Shown: positions 26,424 to 38,803 of the stretch, one piece after another
How the letters are laid out: every line of letters starts with the position of its first letter
How positions within the stretch are numbered: position 1 is the stretch's first letter
Assembly: GCF_001194135.2 (NCBI RefSeq)
Contig: NC_068998.1
Location: forward strand, 8,697,680 to 8,748,456
Direction: 5' to 3'
Length of the DNA: 50,777 bases
Source of the DNA: Octopus bimaculoides
Lineage: Eukaryota
Notes under the pieces: model-generated
Told to the model about the DNA's origin: nothing
What the model saw: the letters and a program-made list of their open reading frames with translations, nothing else
Databases searched by the model: none
Position numbers and translations under genes: made by a program

Positions 26424-26802
26424 TTTCTACTATAGTCTATGTGCCGACCAAAGCCTAGTAAGTGGATTTGGTAGCCGGAACCTGAAGGAAGCCCGTCGCA
26501 TATATTCTTTTATTTGTTCGTTCTTTAACTTGTTTCAGTCATTTGACTGCAGCCATGCTGGAGCAATGCTATTACTCGAACAAACTGACCCCACTGGATT
26601 TATTCTTTGTAAACTTAGTATTTATTCTATCGGTCACTTTTGCTGAACCACTAAGTTACGGGGGACGTAAACACACAATGGTGGGGGAACAAAGATTGTC
26701 CTGTTTTCCATTTGTTTATGTCGTTGTTTGCGCATTGAACTCATGTGTTTTCGTATTTTATGTTGTTTACTATTGGTGACGTCCTGTACCCATATATGCA
26801 TA

Positions 26803-26853
<51 letters not shown>

Positions 26854-27637
26854 GTATATATATATGTNNNNNNNNNNNNNNNNNNNNNNNNNNNNNNNNN
26901 NNNNNNNNNNNNNNNNNNNNNNNNNTATATGTATATGTATATATATATATTAAACGGTGGGTTTCTTACAGTTTCCATCTACCAAATCCTCGCGCAGGAT
27001 CAGCCCGAAGCTATAGTAGAAGATTTATGCCGAAGGTTCCGCACAGTGGGACCGAACCAGAAACCATGTAATTGGGAAGTGAGCTTCTCACCACATAGCC
27101 ACCGTAATCTAACGCTTCGGCAATTGAGAGTGAAATAATAAGTACCAGAATTTAAAAAGAAATAAGTAATGGCTTTGATTCGCTGGACTGTAATCCTTCC
27201 AGAAAATGTCCCAGCATGGCCGCAGTGTTATGACTGAAACAAGTAGAAGATAGAGTCTGATAGACACATAGGTAACAGTGTCCTGTTTTCGGAGGAAGAA
27301 TCGAATGTTCCCAGATGCCAAGGACACGCTATATGGGTAAGTAATGTGCGTTGTATTCGTTATTTGATTATAGGATTAAAAATACATTCTAAATCCAGTT
27401 TCGATTCCAAGAGAATCTTATCACAAAATATAGTTGAAACAAGATTAACTCAGTAAGTTAATCGCTTAATAAAATATAGGCGTGTATATGCGTGTAGATG
27501 TTTGCATAGCGTGCTTGTGTCCACGCCTGCATGCGTTTGAGAGAAAGAGCGTCGGTTTGTTTTAATAAAGCAATGTTTTCAATTACGTTTCTTCATTCTT
27601 TATACAAATCATTTCACTGGGTTCCACGTAAATAAAA

Positions 27638-28808
27638 TATATGTATCCCGTAAATAATGCGGTTTTTTAATACTTTGTTTATTTTTCAAAATTAAGATAA
27701 ACAAAATTCTTTTTTAATCTAAAATATACTCTCCTTCATTTTCTACAATGCTCTTCCGTCTATCTGGTAGACTTGCAAGGCTCCTCTTCCAAAATTCACT
27801 TGTCTATGAGGGAAAATATTCCTCCCATACTGTTCTGACCTCGTCTACAGAATTCATATATTTTCCGTCCAAATGATTTTGAAGACTGAGGAATAAATGA
27901 TAATCAGATAGGGCAATGTCCGGCGAATATGGTGGGTGGGGCATAGTTTCTCATTCAAACTGATCCAGCCTTTGAAATATCATCTTCACTGTATGTGGCC
28001 GAACATTTATCCTGATGAAAGAACACCTTTCGTCTTAAAAGCAAAGATGGCCGTTTTTCTGCTAGCGCTGACTTAAACCGCTCAAGCTGCACGCAGTAGA
28101 TCTCCTTTATTATTGTTCGATTTGGGTTTAAAAGTTCAAAGTGGACTAAACCTTTCGTATCCCATCAAACAGATAATAACATCTTGCGTGGGTGAAGGCC
28201 TTCTTTAGCTTGAGGTGCTGACGTTTCACTTTTCCCTACCCACTGTCTTCGGCACTTGACATTTTTATAGAGAACCCGTTTCTCGTCACCAATCACTATT
28301 CGATCCAGAAAGGTTCATTCATGAGGCATGACAGCAAAGAAGTGCACACATTCGCTCTCCGCGAGTGATTAAGCCTGGAAAGTTTGTGAGGAACCCATTG
28401 ACCCAATTTGCTAATTTTTCCGAGGGCATGCAGGTGTCGATAAATGGTTCAATAGCCAAATCCAAGTTTCCTCAAAGGTTACGATGGGATTTTGTAACAC
28501 CAGGATTTGCAGGTCATCCTCGTCAAATTCTAAAGAACTTCCAGGATGAGGCTCGTCTTCCAGGCTGTAGTTACCGGCTCAGAATTTCTGGAACCCCCAT
28601 TGACACTGGCTTACGATTATTGTCCGATCCCTATATACTGCATTAATATTCCTCGCACTTCCTATTGCCTTTATTACCTTTGTTGTACTCATAAAAGCAA
28701 AATATGCCGAATATGCTCTTTTGTCACTTTCATTATAGCTCTGAAAATATGACTGTTAAAATCAAACTGTACTCTTCAAAATTTGCACTAAGAATAAGGA
28801 CAAGGTAA
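27638..28808 (-). mobile_element. Mariner element; one candidate TIR near 27638-27668, the other end lost in the gap at 28809-28818
   Basis: tatatgtatcccgtaaataatgcggtttttt resembles mariner TIR ends (...aattgcggtttt). No inverted partner is visible before the gap. Confidence 0.7.
27714..28733 (-). pseudogene. Nearly full-length mariner (DD34D) transposase pseudogene
   Basis: Manual translation from ATG 28733 gives MKVTKEHIRHILLYEYNKG..., LEDEPHPG, WVPHKLS, IVIGDEK, LHPRKMLLSV, FHQD, HPPYSPDIALSDYHLF, ...ENEGEYILD* (stop 27714-27716). It has several stops and frameshifts. 34 residues separate the second and third Asp after frameshift correction. Confidence 0.92.
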
Positions 28809-30005
28809 NNNNNNNNNNATATATATATAAATTTTAAGCATTTAATCTAAAACTTTAAAGGCTGAAATATATAACAAATTCTACAACTTTTGATTTATAA
28901 CCTTAAAAATATTTTATCTGGTGAATTTACTCCTAAAATGAACATCATTCTTGCAGGAAATGATCAGAACGAAAACTTCTCCCTTATTAAAAGATAATAA
29001 ACGGAAAACGAATTTAAAGTTTGTGAAGCTATTTTTCCCAATAGCAGCAAAAAACATAATAATTCATTAGATTTTTGAATAAATAAACTAGCACTGGCAG
29101 TAGCAGGCACCAAAATTCTTACCAATGCTTTGCTACTCTTAATTTATATCTGTAAAATATTTTCTTCCTGGAAGTAGAACTTCTAAATTAAACATTCTTC
29201 TCTTTTCCCCCTCATGTCATGTTTGACAGTTTATCTCCCCTTTAGATAAATAAATAAATAAATATTTAGTGCAATAGTAATTAGGTTTTGCTATGAGATA
29301 GCATGCAACGTTGGTAGGGCATTCTCATGCATTTTGAGTAATTTTGTTTTTTCTTTTACGTTGCTGTCAAAGTCAATTTATTTGGTTGATGAGAGAAGAA
29401 AGTGCAAATCAATGGCAAATTTGTATAGGAAGGCAATTCTCTTGTCTCTTATGAACTTGACCACTTATATAACCAGTAGTAGCTTCATCAACACCAGCTA
29501 TGCTAAATCAATATTGGCAGCAACTAAACATGGAGCCATGAAATTCAAACTGCAGTATTCTATTGCTGCAGGATTTCTATCTATTCATTTCATGTTTCCA
29601 TTTATTTTCCCATGCTGGCAGGAGCTGGAAGGTTCGGTTTAAGAATTTAGACATTTATATGTATTCTTGGAGAGATAGATAGATAGAGACAGACAGGCAA
29701 ACAGACAGACAGACAGAGATAGAATTTCTCATTTTCTTTTTTCGTTTTAATTTTAATATATTTTATATTTATTATCTATTCTCTGTGAGTGTGTGTGAGG
29801 TCCTTGAATATTAAATTATTATTCAAATTGACAGTATATAATAAACTGATTCGCCATAGTTTATAGAGTTATATATAAAAAAAATAATATAAATAATATA
29901 TTAGGGAAAATATTCTGGTAGATATTAGGCTGGAAGCTTCCATAGTTTAAGTAGAATTTGATAATCCACAAAATACCAAGTAAAACTAAAGTGGATCTCT
30001 ATTAT

Positions 30006-30145
30006 TATCACTACTACTACTACTATAGGTAGAGCTGGTGGGGTAGTAGTAGTAGTAGTAGTAGTAGCAGCAGCAGCAGTAGTAGTAGTAGTAGTAGTAG
30101 TAGCAACAAAATTAACAGCAACAGCAGCAACAGCAGTGGTAGCAA

Positions 30146-30215
<70 letters not shown>
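30006..30215. repeat. Compound trinucleotide microsatellite (ACT/AGT/AGC/AAC)
   Basis: Direct reading. It produces the spurious poly-Leu ORF. Confidence 0.9.
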
Positions 30216-31275
30216 TTCGTATATGGTGAAATCCCTATTGCCGATCGCGGATTATTCTTGTCACACACAAAAGGAATATTTAATTACAAAAATAACCTAA
30301 TGCAACTTGACAACAGCCTTGAATAAATAAAGGCCATTGAATCACTAATATTTCCAGGATACTTACATAAATCGTTTTCTTTTATGCACTTACTCAATCT
30401 TCTAGGAAATGCAGTCAAATTTCCCTCGTATTACATTTAAAAAAAAAAGGTATTTATTGCCGTCACTCGCAAGAGAGCATGAGTCGGTAGCATGAGCTAT
30501 GCTTTATTTTTGCTTATTGTCTTCGGTGTCTGTGCGGTCGAGAGTAGACACAGGCACACTTTGGCCCCAGCAAAACAATGAGGATTTGACAGCTAGAAGC
30601 AGAGTGAGGGGTAGCACCAGTACTAGATCGGTCATCGTTGCTAAGTGACTGGATTGACCCGTCGTGAAATAAATTGCTTTTCATAAAGAAAACATTTCAC
30701 TGCTTGGTCTATGAATCGAAACTACGATCTTATGATCATGAGCTACCAACACCCTAACCACTAAGTCGTGCGCCTCGTATGAGATAAGGCGGGTCTGATG
30801 ACAAAGAGGAGTGTAGTTAGCGCAGGACGCTGTCCAAGCAGGGCTTGGGTTTAACAACAACGAAAACAGCTTCAACAGCAACATAAAAAGCAAGTAAAGA
30901 GAAGATGGACACGGTTGGAATCGGTCAAGACTTATTCGTGACTCTGAGTTATAACTGAAGGTCTTTGACAGTCTACTCTGAGGATCAACAACATCAACAA
31001 TAACAGCAAATAATTAGGTCTTAGGACCTCTGCCAATCAGCTTTGATCAGGTGACTACAGCTAATGTGCAACAACAATATTTGTTTACAGACTTTCCGGT
31101 ACACCTGCCATTGAAATTGTAATTCTTTTAAACTGATTATCAATTTTCTCGAAAATTCTATTCAAAATAACTTCATCTCAGCACTATGAACCATTAAAGT
31201 ACAAATCGATTTCCAATAGTTCAATGCTCTATCACTGAATTTTTGCCTCTCTCTCTTCCTCATTCTTGCACTCCC

Positions 31276-31311
<36 letters not shown>

Positions 31312-31814
31312 CATGTGTGTGTGTGTGTGTGTGTGTGTAATAAAACGAATGATTTACACCTGGTAGTTGAGAATTTATAATAAATCACAACAATTGTTTC
31401 GACACATCTAGCATCGATTCGTCTTGGTTCAGGAGCATCCAATGGTGCAGATGTATCTCGTCGGTCGATAAATAATACAATTCCACAATGTAGCTTTCCG
31501 TTTTGTAGAGAGAAAAGCAGCCAGACGGAGGAAATATCATCATTTATATAGAAGATCAAAAGTAAAATCACAAATGACTAAAAGGGAAATGAACTCGCAA
31601 TCCAACGAGAAAAGTATTGAAAGAAAACCGTTTACTTTTAACCTTCCCATTCTTATTAACAACAAGATGAGCGAGTGTACTTGTGTTATGCAGCTTGCCC
31701 GAGGGTGTTTATACATTCATACCTGTTAACAGTCATGACCGAAGGAGGTCTCAGCATGTAGGTATGTATTTGTGTGTCTATGTTTGTCCCCACACCACCA
31801 TCGTTTGACAATCA

Positions 31815-32189
31815 ATGGCCCAGTGGTTACGGCAGTGCACTCGCGGTTATAGGATCGCAGTTTCGATTCCCAGACCGGGCGTTGTGAGTGTTTTTTGAGC
31901 GAAAACACCTAAAGCTCCACGAAGCTCCGGCAGGGGATGGTGGCGAACCCTGCTGTACTCTTTCACCACAACTGTCTCTCACTCTTACTTCCTGTTTCTG
32001 TTGTGCCTGTAATTCAAAGGGTCAGCATTGTCACACTGTGTCACGCTGAATCTCCCCGAGAACTACGTTAAGGGTACACGTTGTCTGTGGAGTGCTCAGC
32101 CACTTGCACGTTAATTTCACGAGCAGGCTGTTCCGTTGATCGGATCAACTGGAACCCTCGACGTCGTAAGCGACGGAGTGCCAACAACA
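31815..32189 (+). mobile_element. tRNA-derived SINE family D, near full length
   Basis: Head tggcccagtggttacggcag...tttcgattcccagaccggg. Its 3' part recurs inverted at about 14380-14470. Confidence 0.75.
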
Positions 32190-34261
32190 ATATAAATATG
32201 TGGGTGGACATGTTTGTGCGTGTATGCATGGAGAATATGCGGAAGGCTGAAGAAAATATCTATGCATTTGCATGTGTCCAGCAGATGTACAGTTTATCAA
32301 AATATATTAATAGTACTGTTGTCCTTACGTCATGAATTTATTCAGTTTTAATTAATTACTATTAAATTCACCAAACACTAGTCCTTGGATTTCTACACAC
32401 AAAATTCTTGGCAATAAGGCTTATTAATTCCTCGCCAGGTGTTGCTTTAGCTGTTATTAAGTCTTGTTAGATTAAAATGTAGTAGTTGTGGTTAGTCTTT
32501 TTTTGTTAATGGTTTGATCAGAAAGTGACAATGCAAGTGAGAGAAGTGTTCTGTCTTAGAGCCTCCATTGAATTTATACAAACACTGTTTAACATTCATT
32601 TTATTTGTTTGTCTTAACAAAAGCCTGGCACGAAATCTCTTTCGACTATTTGAAATAAATCTAAGCGGTCTTTTTTTAATGAAGGGGACAAAAGTGAACT
32701 TCTAATTGGTCCTTTGGAACTCTATTTAAGCACAAATATCCGAAACCTATTGTTTAAAACAAAACAACATATAATAATTCAAAAAAAGTATGGAATTTAA
32801 TTTCTTTTTTTTTTTTTTATTCAGATAACGAATGTAAAAAGTAAAGGGACAAACTCTATTTCTTTCCAACATCAAATGGAAAGAGAATGCGAAGGGCTTT
32901 AAATTTATTTAGATGGAAGAGAGAGGCAGAATGAATGAGCTGATATTTCAATCAAGTCATGAACAGAGGTTTAAGAAGGATTTTATTTTTTATTAGATTT
33001 TTTTTTTATTCCTTTCAAAGAATAAACAGAACGGGTAGTGTTTTCGATATCGTTTAATGTTTTAAACAGAATGAGAAGACTTTTTTAGATTCGTTCACAT
33101 GGAAGAGAAAAGACAAATGAAAGGAAGTAGAAAAGAAAAACGAAGAGGACTGAGTATTCCATTAGATGGTAAATGAAAAGGCATTTTACATTACATTGAA
33201 ATGGTTAATGGAAAACTAAAGAGCATGCCTTTAAATTTATTTCAAGGAATGAACAAAAACTCTATAAGAGGTTTTTTTTAATTTCTAATTTTTTTTTTTT
33301 TTTTGCGTTTTCCCTAATTTCTTCATGTGATCCAATAAAGATGAAGATATTTTTAGGGATTATAGCTAAGGAAAAAATGTTTTTATATATTTTGATATTT
33401 CTTCAAATGCTCAAAAGAAACAGAAACGATAAGATCTTCAAGATACTGTGGTTTTGAATGTTAGACGGAAAAATTTTAAACTTTCATTCGAATGACTAAA
33501 AGAAAGAAAACGGGATATTCACAAAATACAAACGATAAACAAAAAGAAGTGATACTTATCTATAAATATTCTTCAAACAGTAAATTAAAGTAGTGAAGAG
33601 ATCCCATTTTGTTTATTTATTTATTTATTTTTAGCGAGTTATTTTTGCTTCTTATACAATACTAGGGTAATATCTTACGTGACACCAAAACAAAAACTGA
33701 ATTAAATTATTAAAAATCATATGTTACATGGCTGCTTATGGTTAAGATGTTCGTTTCGCAATTACGAGATTCCAAGTCGATTCTTAGCGGACTAAAACCT
33801 TGGGAATAAAAACAAAACAGTAAAAGGAAAATACATGTATGTATGAATGTATGTGCGTGTGTGTGTGTGTGTTTTTGTGTATTTATGTATGTGTGTGTGA
33901 TGCGTATATATATGTATATATGTATGTATGTACGTGCGTGTATTTGTGTGCGTGTGTGTGTATGTATTATGTGTATGTATGTGTGCATGTATGTACGTGC
34001 GTGTATGTGTTTGTATGTATGCATGTGTGTGCGTGCGTGCGTGCGTGGGTGTGCTTGTATGTTTGAATGTATGTATTTATGTATGTATGTGTGTGTACGT
34101 GTGTATGTATGTATGTATGTGTGTGTACGTGTATATGTATGTATGTGTGTGTACGTGTGTGCGTGCGTGCGTGTGTGCGTGCGTGCGTATCAAAATGTAA
34201 CCACATGTGAATCGTTGGCGATTTTCTTCCTCCGTCTTCCTTCTCTATTGGGCTTTCCTCT

Positions 34262-34298
34262 GTTTCTGAAGAAGAGCGTCTGCTCGAAATGTTCAACC
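34262..34298 (+). ncRNA. Degenerate hammerhead motif in a PLE-type 3' end
   Basis: Reads gttt-CTGAAGA-a-GAGC gtct GCTC-GAAA-TGTT-caac. Cores and stem II are intact. ACGT has become ATGT (CpG decay) and stem I has a mismatch. Confidence 0.55.
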
Positions 34299-34349
34299 AC
34301 CTTTCTTTCCTTCCCTGAGCGTCTGCTAATACTTTACATGTACCGGTGG

Positions 34350-34595
34350 AGTGTCATGAATATTTCAATGTCACCCGGAGACCAAGTGCCAGAGGTTCGT
34401 AACCACGGATCTGCGGGAGAATACCAGGATAATCACAGGAGAATTTTTACAGGAGACATGGAAGCGTGGCGGAGAAGAATAGGAAAGTGCATTAGAGTAG
34501 AGAGGGGTTGTTTCGAAGGGAAAATTTGTTTGTAGTTTGCATTTAATATAAATATTCTGTGTCCCCAGCCCCGGGAGGTTCTGACAACCCTCGTA
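34350..34595 (+). mobile_element. Mariner 3' fragment with terminal repeat and TA
   Basis: Encodes DMEAWRRRIGKCIRVERGCFE, like the mariner RWxKCIxxxGxYFE end. Terminates ...caaccctcg-TA. Confidence 0.7.
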
Positions 34596-35588
34596 TGTCC
34601 GATGTTTTCAGTTAGCACTTAACGGCACGATCCGATCCTACTGCATCGTCTTTATCTTCAAAAAACTCCGATGGCTGGCTTTATAGGATTTATCTCTATC
34701 GATCGATTTTCAGCTATGGGGGGGGGGGGTGCATATGCACGTGTATCGGCTGGTCTGAGCTATATTGCTTTTTAGGATCAATTTCTACTTTTTTCCTAGG
34801 CATCCACGTCACCCTCACTGTACCACAGATGTTGATCAAATAGAAATGCCACCGATTTAGGCTCATTTAGCTAGGCCCCAGTATCTTTGCAGACATTACT
34901 GTTAGAGCTAGAAAGTACACGGCAAGCCCTTTCTCCCGACCCTCTAACATTTTCGCCAATTCACCGCCTCAAAAGGCAAACATTGTCACTGTGGAATTTG
35001 AACTCAGGGCGCAGGGAATGAGAACAAATATGGTGAGTCATTCTAACTGACGCTCTAATACCACTACTATTTAGCCGCCTTCTTTTCATATCTAATTCTA
35101 TAGTTCATCTCCGTTAATCGATGATTTTTAACACGTTCTATTACATATTTATTTATTTATGTGTTTCAGCCAAGTGGCTGCGGTCATGCTGGTGCATCAC
35201 CGTGTGTGAATCTAACAAATAATTATGTACATTTTTCAACATGATATTATTCTTTAGTTATATTCATACATACAAGATTATATTTTAACTTCTACTGTGT
35301 TAATGATGATTAATGGAGAATACGGCAAATGTACAATTCTACAACTTATTTTACAATGTAAGGAGAGATGAGTAAGGTATCAAATGACAAAGTAATAGCT
35401 ACTAAAGAGATTATACATATAAATGCAGACATGGAAACACTTATCTCACAAAAAGTAACATCATTCTACCAGTGAATTTAATACTACAGTTCTACATGGA
35501 TAATACTACAATTCTATATTTAAGAAGTGAAGAATTATGTACATTATTTACATTTGACGGATATTTTGTCTTCATCTTGTTTGTTGTT

Positions 35589-35634
35589 AACACAACGTTT
35601 CGGCTGATATATCCTCCAGCCTTCATCAGGTGTC
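35589..35634 (-). ncRNA. Minimal type I hammerhead ribozyme motif (second family)
   Basis: Minus strand reads gacac-CTGATGA-a-GGCTG gaggatatat CAGCC-GAAA-CGTT-gtgtt. It has a 5-bp stem II, palindromic ACGT stem III, a GUU triplet, stem I gacac/gtgtt and one extra A after CUGAUGA. Confidence 0.7.
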
Positions 35635-35692
35635 TTGAGGAAATTTCGAACATGGCTTTTTATTCCTAAGGTATTTTTCGATGTCATTATTG

Positions 35693-35727
<35 letters not shown>

Positions 35728-35895
35728 GCTTTTGCACAGCTTCTAACGCTGGAGATGAATTACAGTGTCAGCTATTCACTACAAGTGAACTAAGGTAACA
35801 CCTCTTATTTTTCGAGCACCTCCCGGAGTATTCGAGCGATTCCAAGCAGTGCTGTTTTCCGCACGTTCTCCACTTTTATTGCAGCCTTATTGCTG
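35728..35895 (-). mobile_element. 3' end of an RLE-type LINE (NeSL/HERO-like) with (AAT)n tail
   Basis: Minus strand encodes IKVENVRKTALLGIARILREVLEK* (stop 35805-35807), like LQKxxLLGTARILRKVL ends. A short 3' UTR and (AAT)n follow. Confidence 0.7.
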
Positions 35896-35930
35896 CGATA
35901 CAGATTCTGCAATACAGAATCTGTATCGCA
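35894..35930. repeat. Perfect 16-bp inverted repeat with 5-nt loop
   Basis: tgcgatacagattctg-caata-cagaatctgtatcgca. Confidence 0.95.
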
Positions 35931-36274
35931 ACTACTCGACGAAACGTAACGTGAAACATTGAGTAGAAAATCTTTTTTTGTCTTCGCAGCTTTAATGAAA
36001 AAAGGCTTATTACTCTACCTTTAGTATTCCAGTACTATTTTTTTCACCTTGTTTTCCATTTATCTACTTTCTCGTGTGTGCGTTTATATATATATATAGA
36101 TAGATAGATATAGATATATGCATACATACGTACATAATTACACATACACACACATNNNNNNNNNNNNNNNNNNNNNNNNNNNNNNNNNNNNNNNNNNNNN
36201 NNNNNNNNNNNNNNNNNNNNNNNNNNNNNNNNNNNNNNNNNNNNNNNNNNNNNNNNNNNNNNNNNNNNNNNNNN

Positions 36275-36305
<31 letters not shown>

Positions 36306-36896
36306 ATATATATGTATATTTACAAATTTGAGTGGGTATGCTCTAAATGTAGTGGGAAACCTTGAACGTGTGAATTTCGTACAGTTGATGTTAGAGGAAG
36401 AATCAGTGAAGTCGCAAACGGTAGATTAGTGCCTTCAAACATTAGTTATAAAAACTCTATATGATTATTGACACCTACAGAAGTGACAATGTAGAAGGAT
36501 TAGGAAATTGCTGGCAACAAAAGTAGTTATATCGTGAGTATAATGGGGGACCCTATCACAAGATATTGCTAGTTCTTCTTTTCAAATATTTTGTAAAAGT
36601 TCAAAGTGATTTACATATATATAGAAAATATTGAATTAGAGATCAAGGAGTCTAAAATTCAGAGAATTCAAGACGTTATATAGATAACTGTCCAGCAAAT
36701 AGTATATGCATGCATGTATGTATGCATATATGTCTCTAAATATTCATATAAATACGTAGATATATATGTATGCATGTATGTATATATGTTTTTGTTCTCC
36801 TGTATGTTCGTATATAAGGATGGGTGAATGTAAATAAGTATATAAACATATAAAGTTATATATATGTGTATTTATTTATGTATGTATGTATGTATG

Positions 36897-36927
<31 letters not shown>

Positions 36928-38578
36928 GTAGCATTTATGTTTATATATGCATCACAAATCTTCAAAAGTATATACATAGGTCTCAAAGACATATTTTATC
37001 AATTCTTTTTGCATTCGAAACAAATTTATTAAAACAAAAACACAAAATAAACTCCCCTACGAAAGAGAATAAATATACAATAGAAAGTTGTAAAGAGATA
37101 TCGGAACAAGCAAAAGTTGATATCTTCGTGATCTGAAAATATCGGGAAAGAATATTTTTCTGTAGTTATAAATGATGAGTGGTGGGAAACAGTTTCCGAA
37201 AACACATATTACTTGAATGAAACAAGGACGATTGAATACAGAATATTGCATCAATACAATACATACTTTTGTATACATACCCAAGCACATAGAAAGATAT
37301 ATATATATATATATATANNNNNNNNNNNNNNNNNNNNNNNNNNNNNNNNNNNNNNNNNNNNNNNNNNNNNNNNNNNNNNNNNNNNNNNNNNNNNNNNNNN
37401 NNNNNNNNNNNNNNNNNNNNNNNNNNNNNNNNNNNNNNNNNNNNNNNNNNNNNNNNNNNNNNNNNNNNNNNNNNNNNNNNNNNNNNNNNNNNNNNNNNNN
37501 NNNNNNNNNNNNNNNNNNNNNNNNNNNNNNNNNNNNNNNNNNNNNNNNNNNNNNNNNNNNNNNNNNNNNNNNNNNNNNNNNNNNNNNNNNNNNNNNNNNN
37601 NNNNNNNNNNNNNNNNNNNNNNNNNNNNNNNNNNNNNNNNNNNNNNNNNNNNNNNNNNNNNNNNNNNNNNNNNNNNNNNNNNNNNNNNNNNNNNNNNNNN
37701 NNNNNNNNNNNNNNNNNNNNNNNNNNNNNNNNNNNNNNNNNNNNNNNNNNNNNNNNNNNNNNNNNNNNNNNNNNNNNNNNNNNNNNNNNNNNNNNNNNNN
37801 NNNNNNNNNNNNNNNNNNNNNNNNNNNNNNNNNNNNNNNNNNNNNNNNNNNNNNNNNNNNNNNNNNNNNNNNNNNNNNNNNNNNNNNNNNNNNNNNNNNN
37901 NNNNNNNNNNNNNNTATATATATATACACACATTTAGATATATGCACACATATAAGGACGAGGTGCGTGGGGAGGTCACAGATTTTAAAGCAACACAAAG
38001 CATATCTTCCTTCTAGAGGAATTCCGGTCTCTGCACTAATTCCTCGTGTATTGTCACAAGTATCCTTATTCCTGATATACATTCGCTCCCTGTTGCTTCA
38101 CCCTTTCATTACCAGTTCTGTCTTATTGACATCTGAATGATGTTCTTTAGCAACATGTCGACAAAAAGACTGCATCATCTTAACGTCCTTTTATTGATCA
38201 AAAACGCTATAAGAAATCAATGTAAACTATATTTATTCAGTTATTCTATTTCGGTTGGGTGTAATTCGTCTTATAGACACTCTAAAATCTTTTTCTTTGC
38301 TATGGGTATTATAAAGAAATTCCTTTATATAATTTAAACCATTTTCTTTCGTTTCTACTTCATCTGCATCACGCAGAGAGATGTGACGTTAGCTATGCAT
38401 GTGTTTGGGTGTGTACATTTTCTGTGTGGGTGTATGTGTCTGTGTGTACGAGTGTGTGAGCGTGTACGTGTGCGCTTGTACGTGTATAAGTATTTGTGAG
38501 TTTGCTTTGCCAATGCATACATACATAGATACATATATACATACATATATATATAGAGAGAGATACATATATACATAC

Positions 38579-38610
<32 letters not shown>

Positions 38611-38750
38611 GTATGTATATGCATATATATACACATATATATATGTATATATATGCATATATATACACATATATATATATATGTGTGTATATATATATAG
38701 ATATGTATGTATATATATGCATATATATACACATATATATATGTGTGTAT

Positions 38751-38803
<53 letters not shown>

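Noticed and set aside
29334-29642. 102-aa plus-strand ORF
   Set aside because: No recognisable motif. The opposite strand faintly resembles a decayed hAT region (…TGYISG…QICH), so a shadow ORF is likely.
30023-30268. Poly-Leu ORF, and poly-I/N/T ORFs at 9.3-9.6, 39.6-40.4 and 48.9-49.6 kb
   Set aside because: Trinucleotide microsatellites with no splice or start context.
31030-31070. cagctttgat segment reminiscent of miR-2
   Set aside because: The seed TATCACAG is absent and no pre-miRNA hairpin forms.
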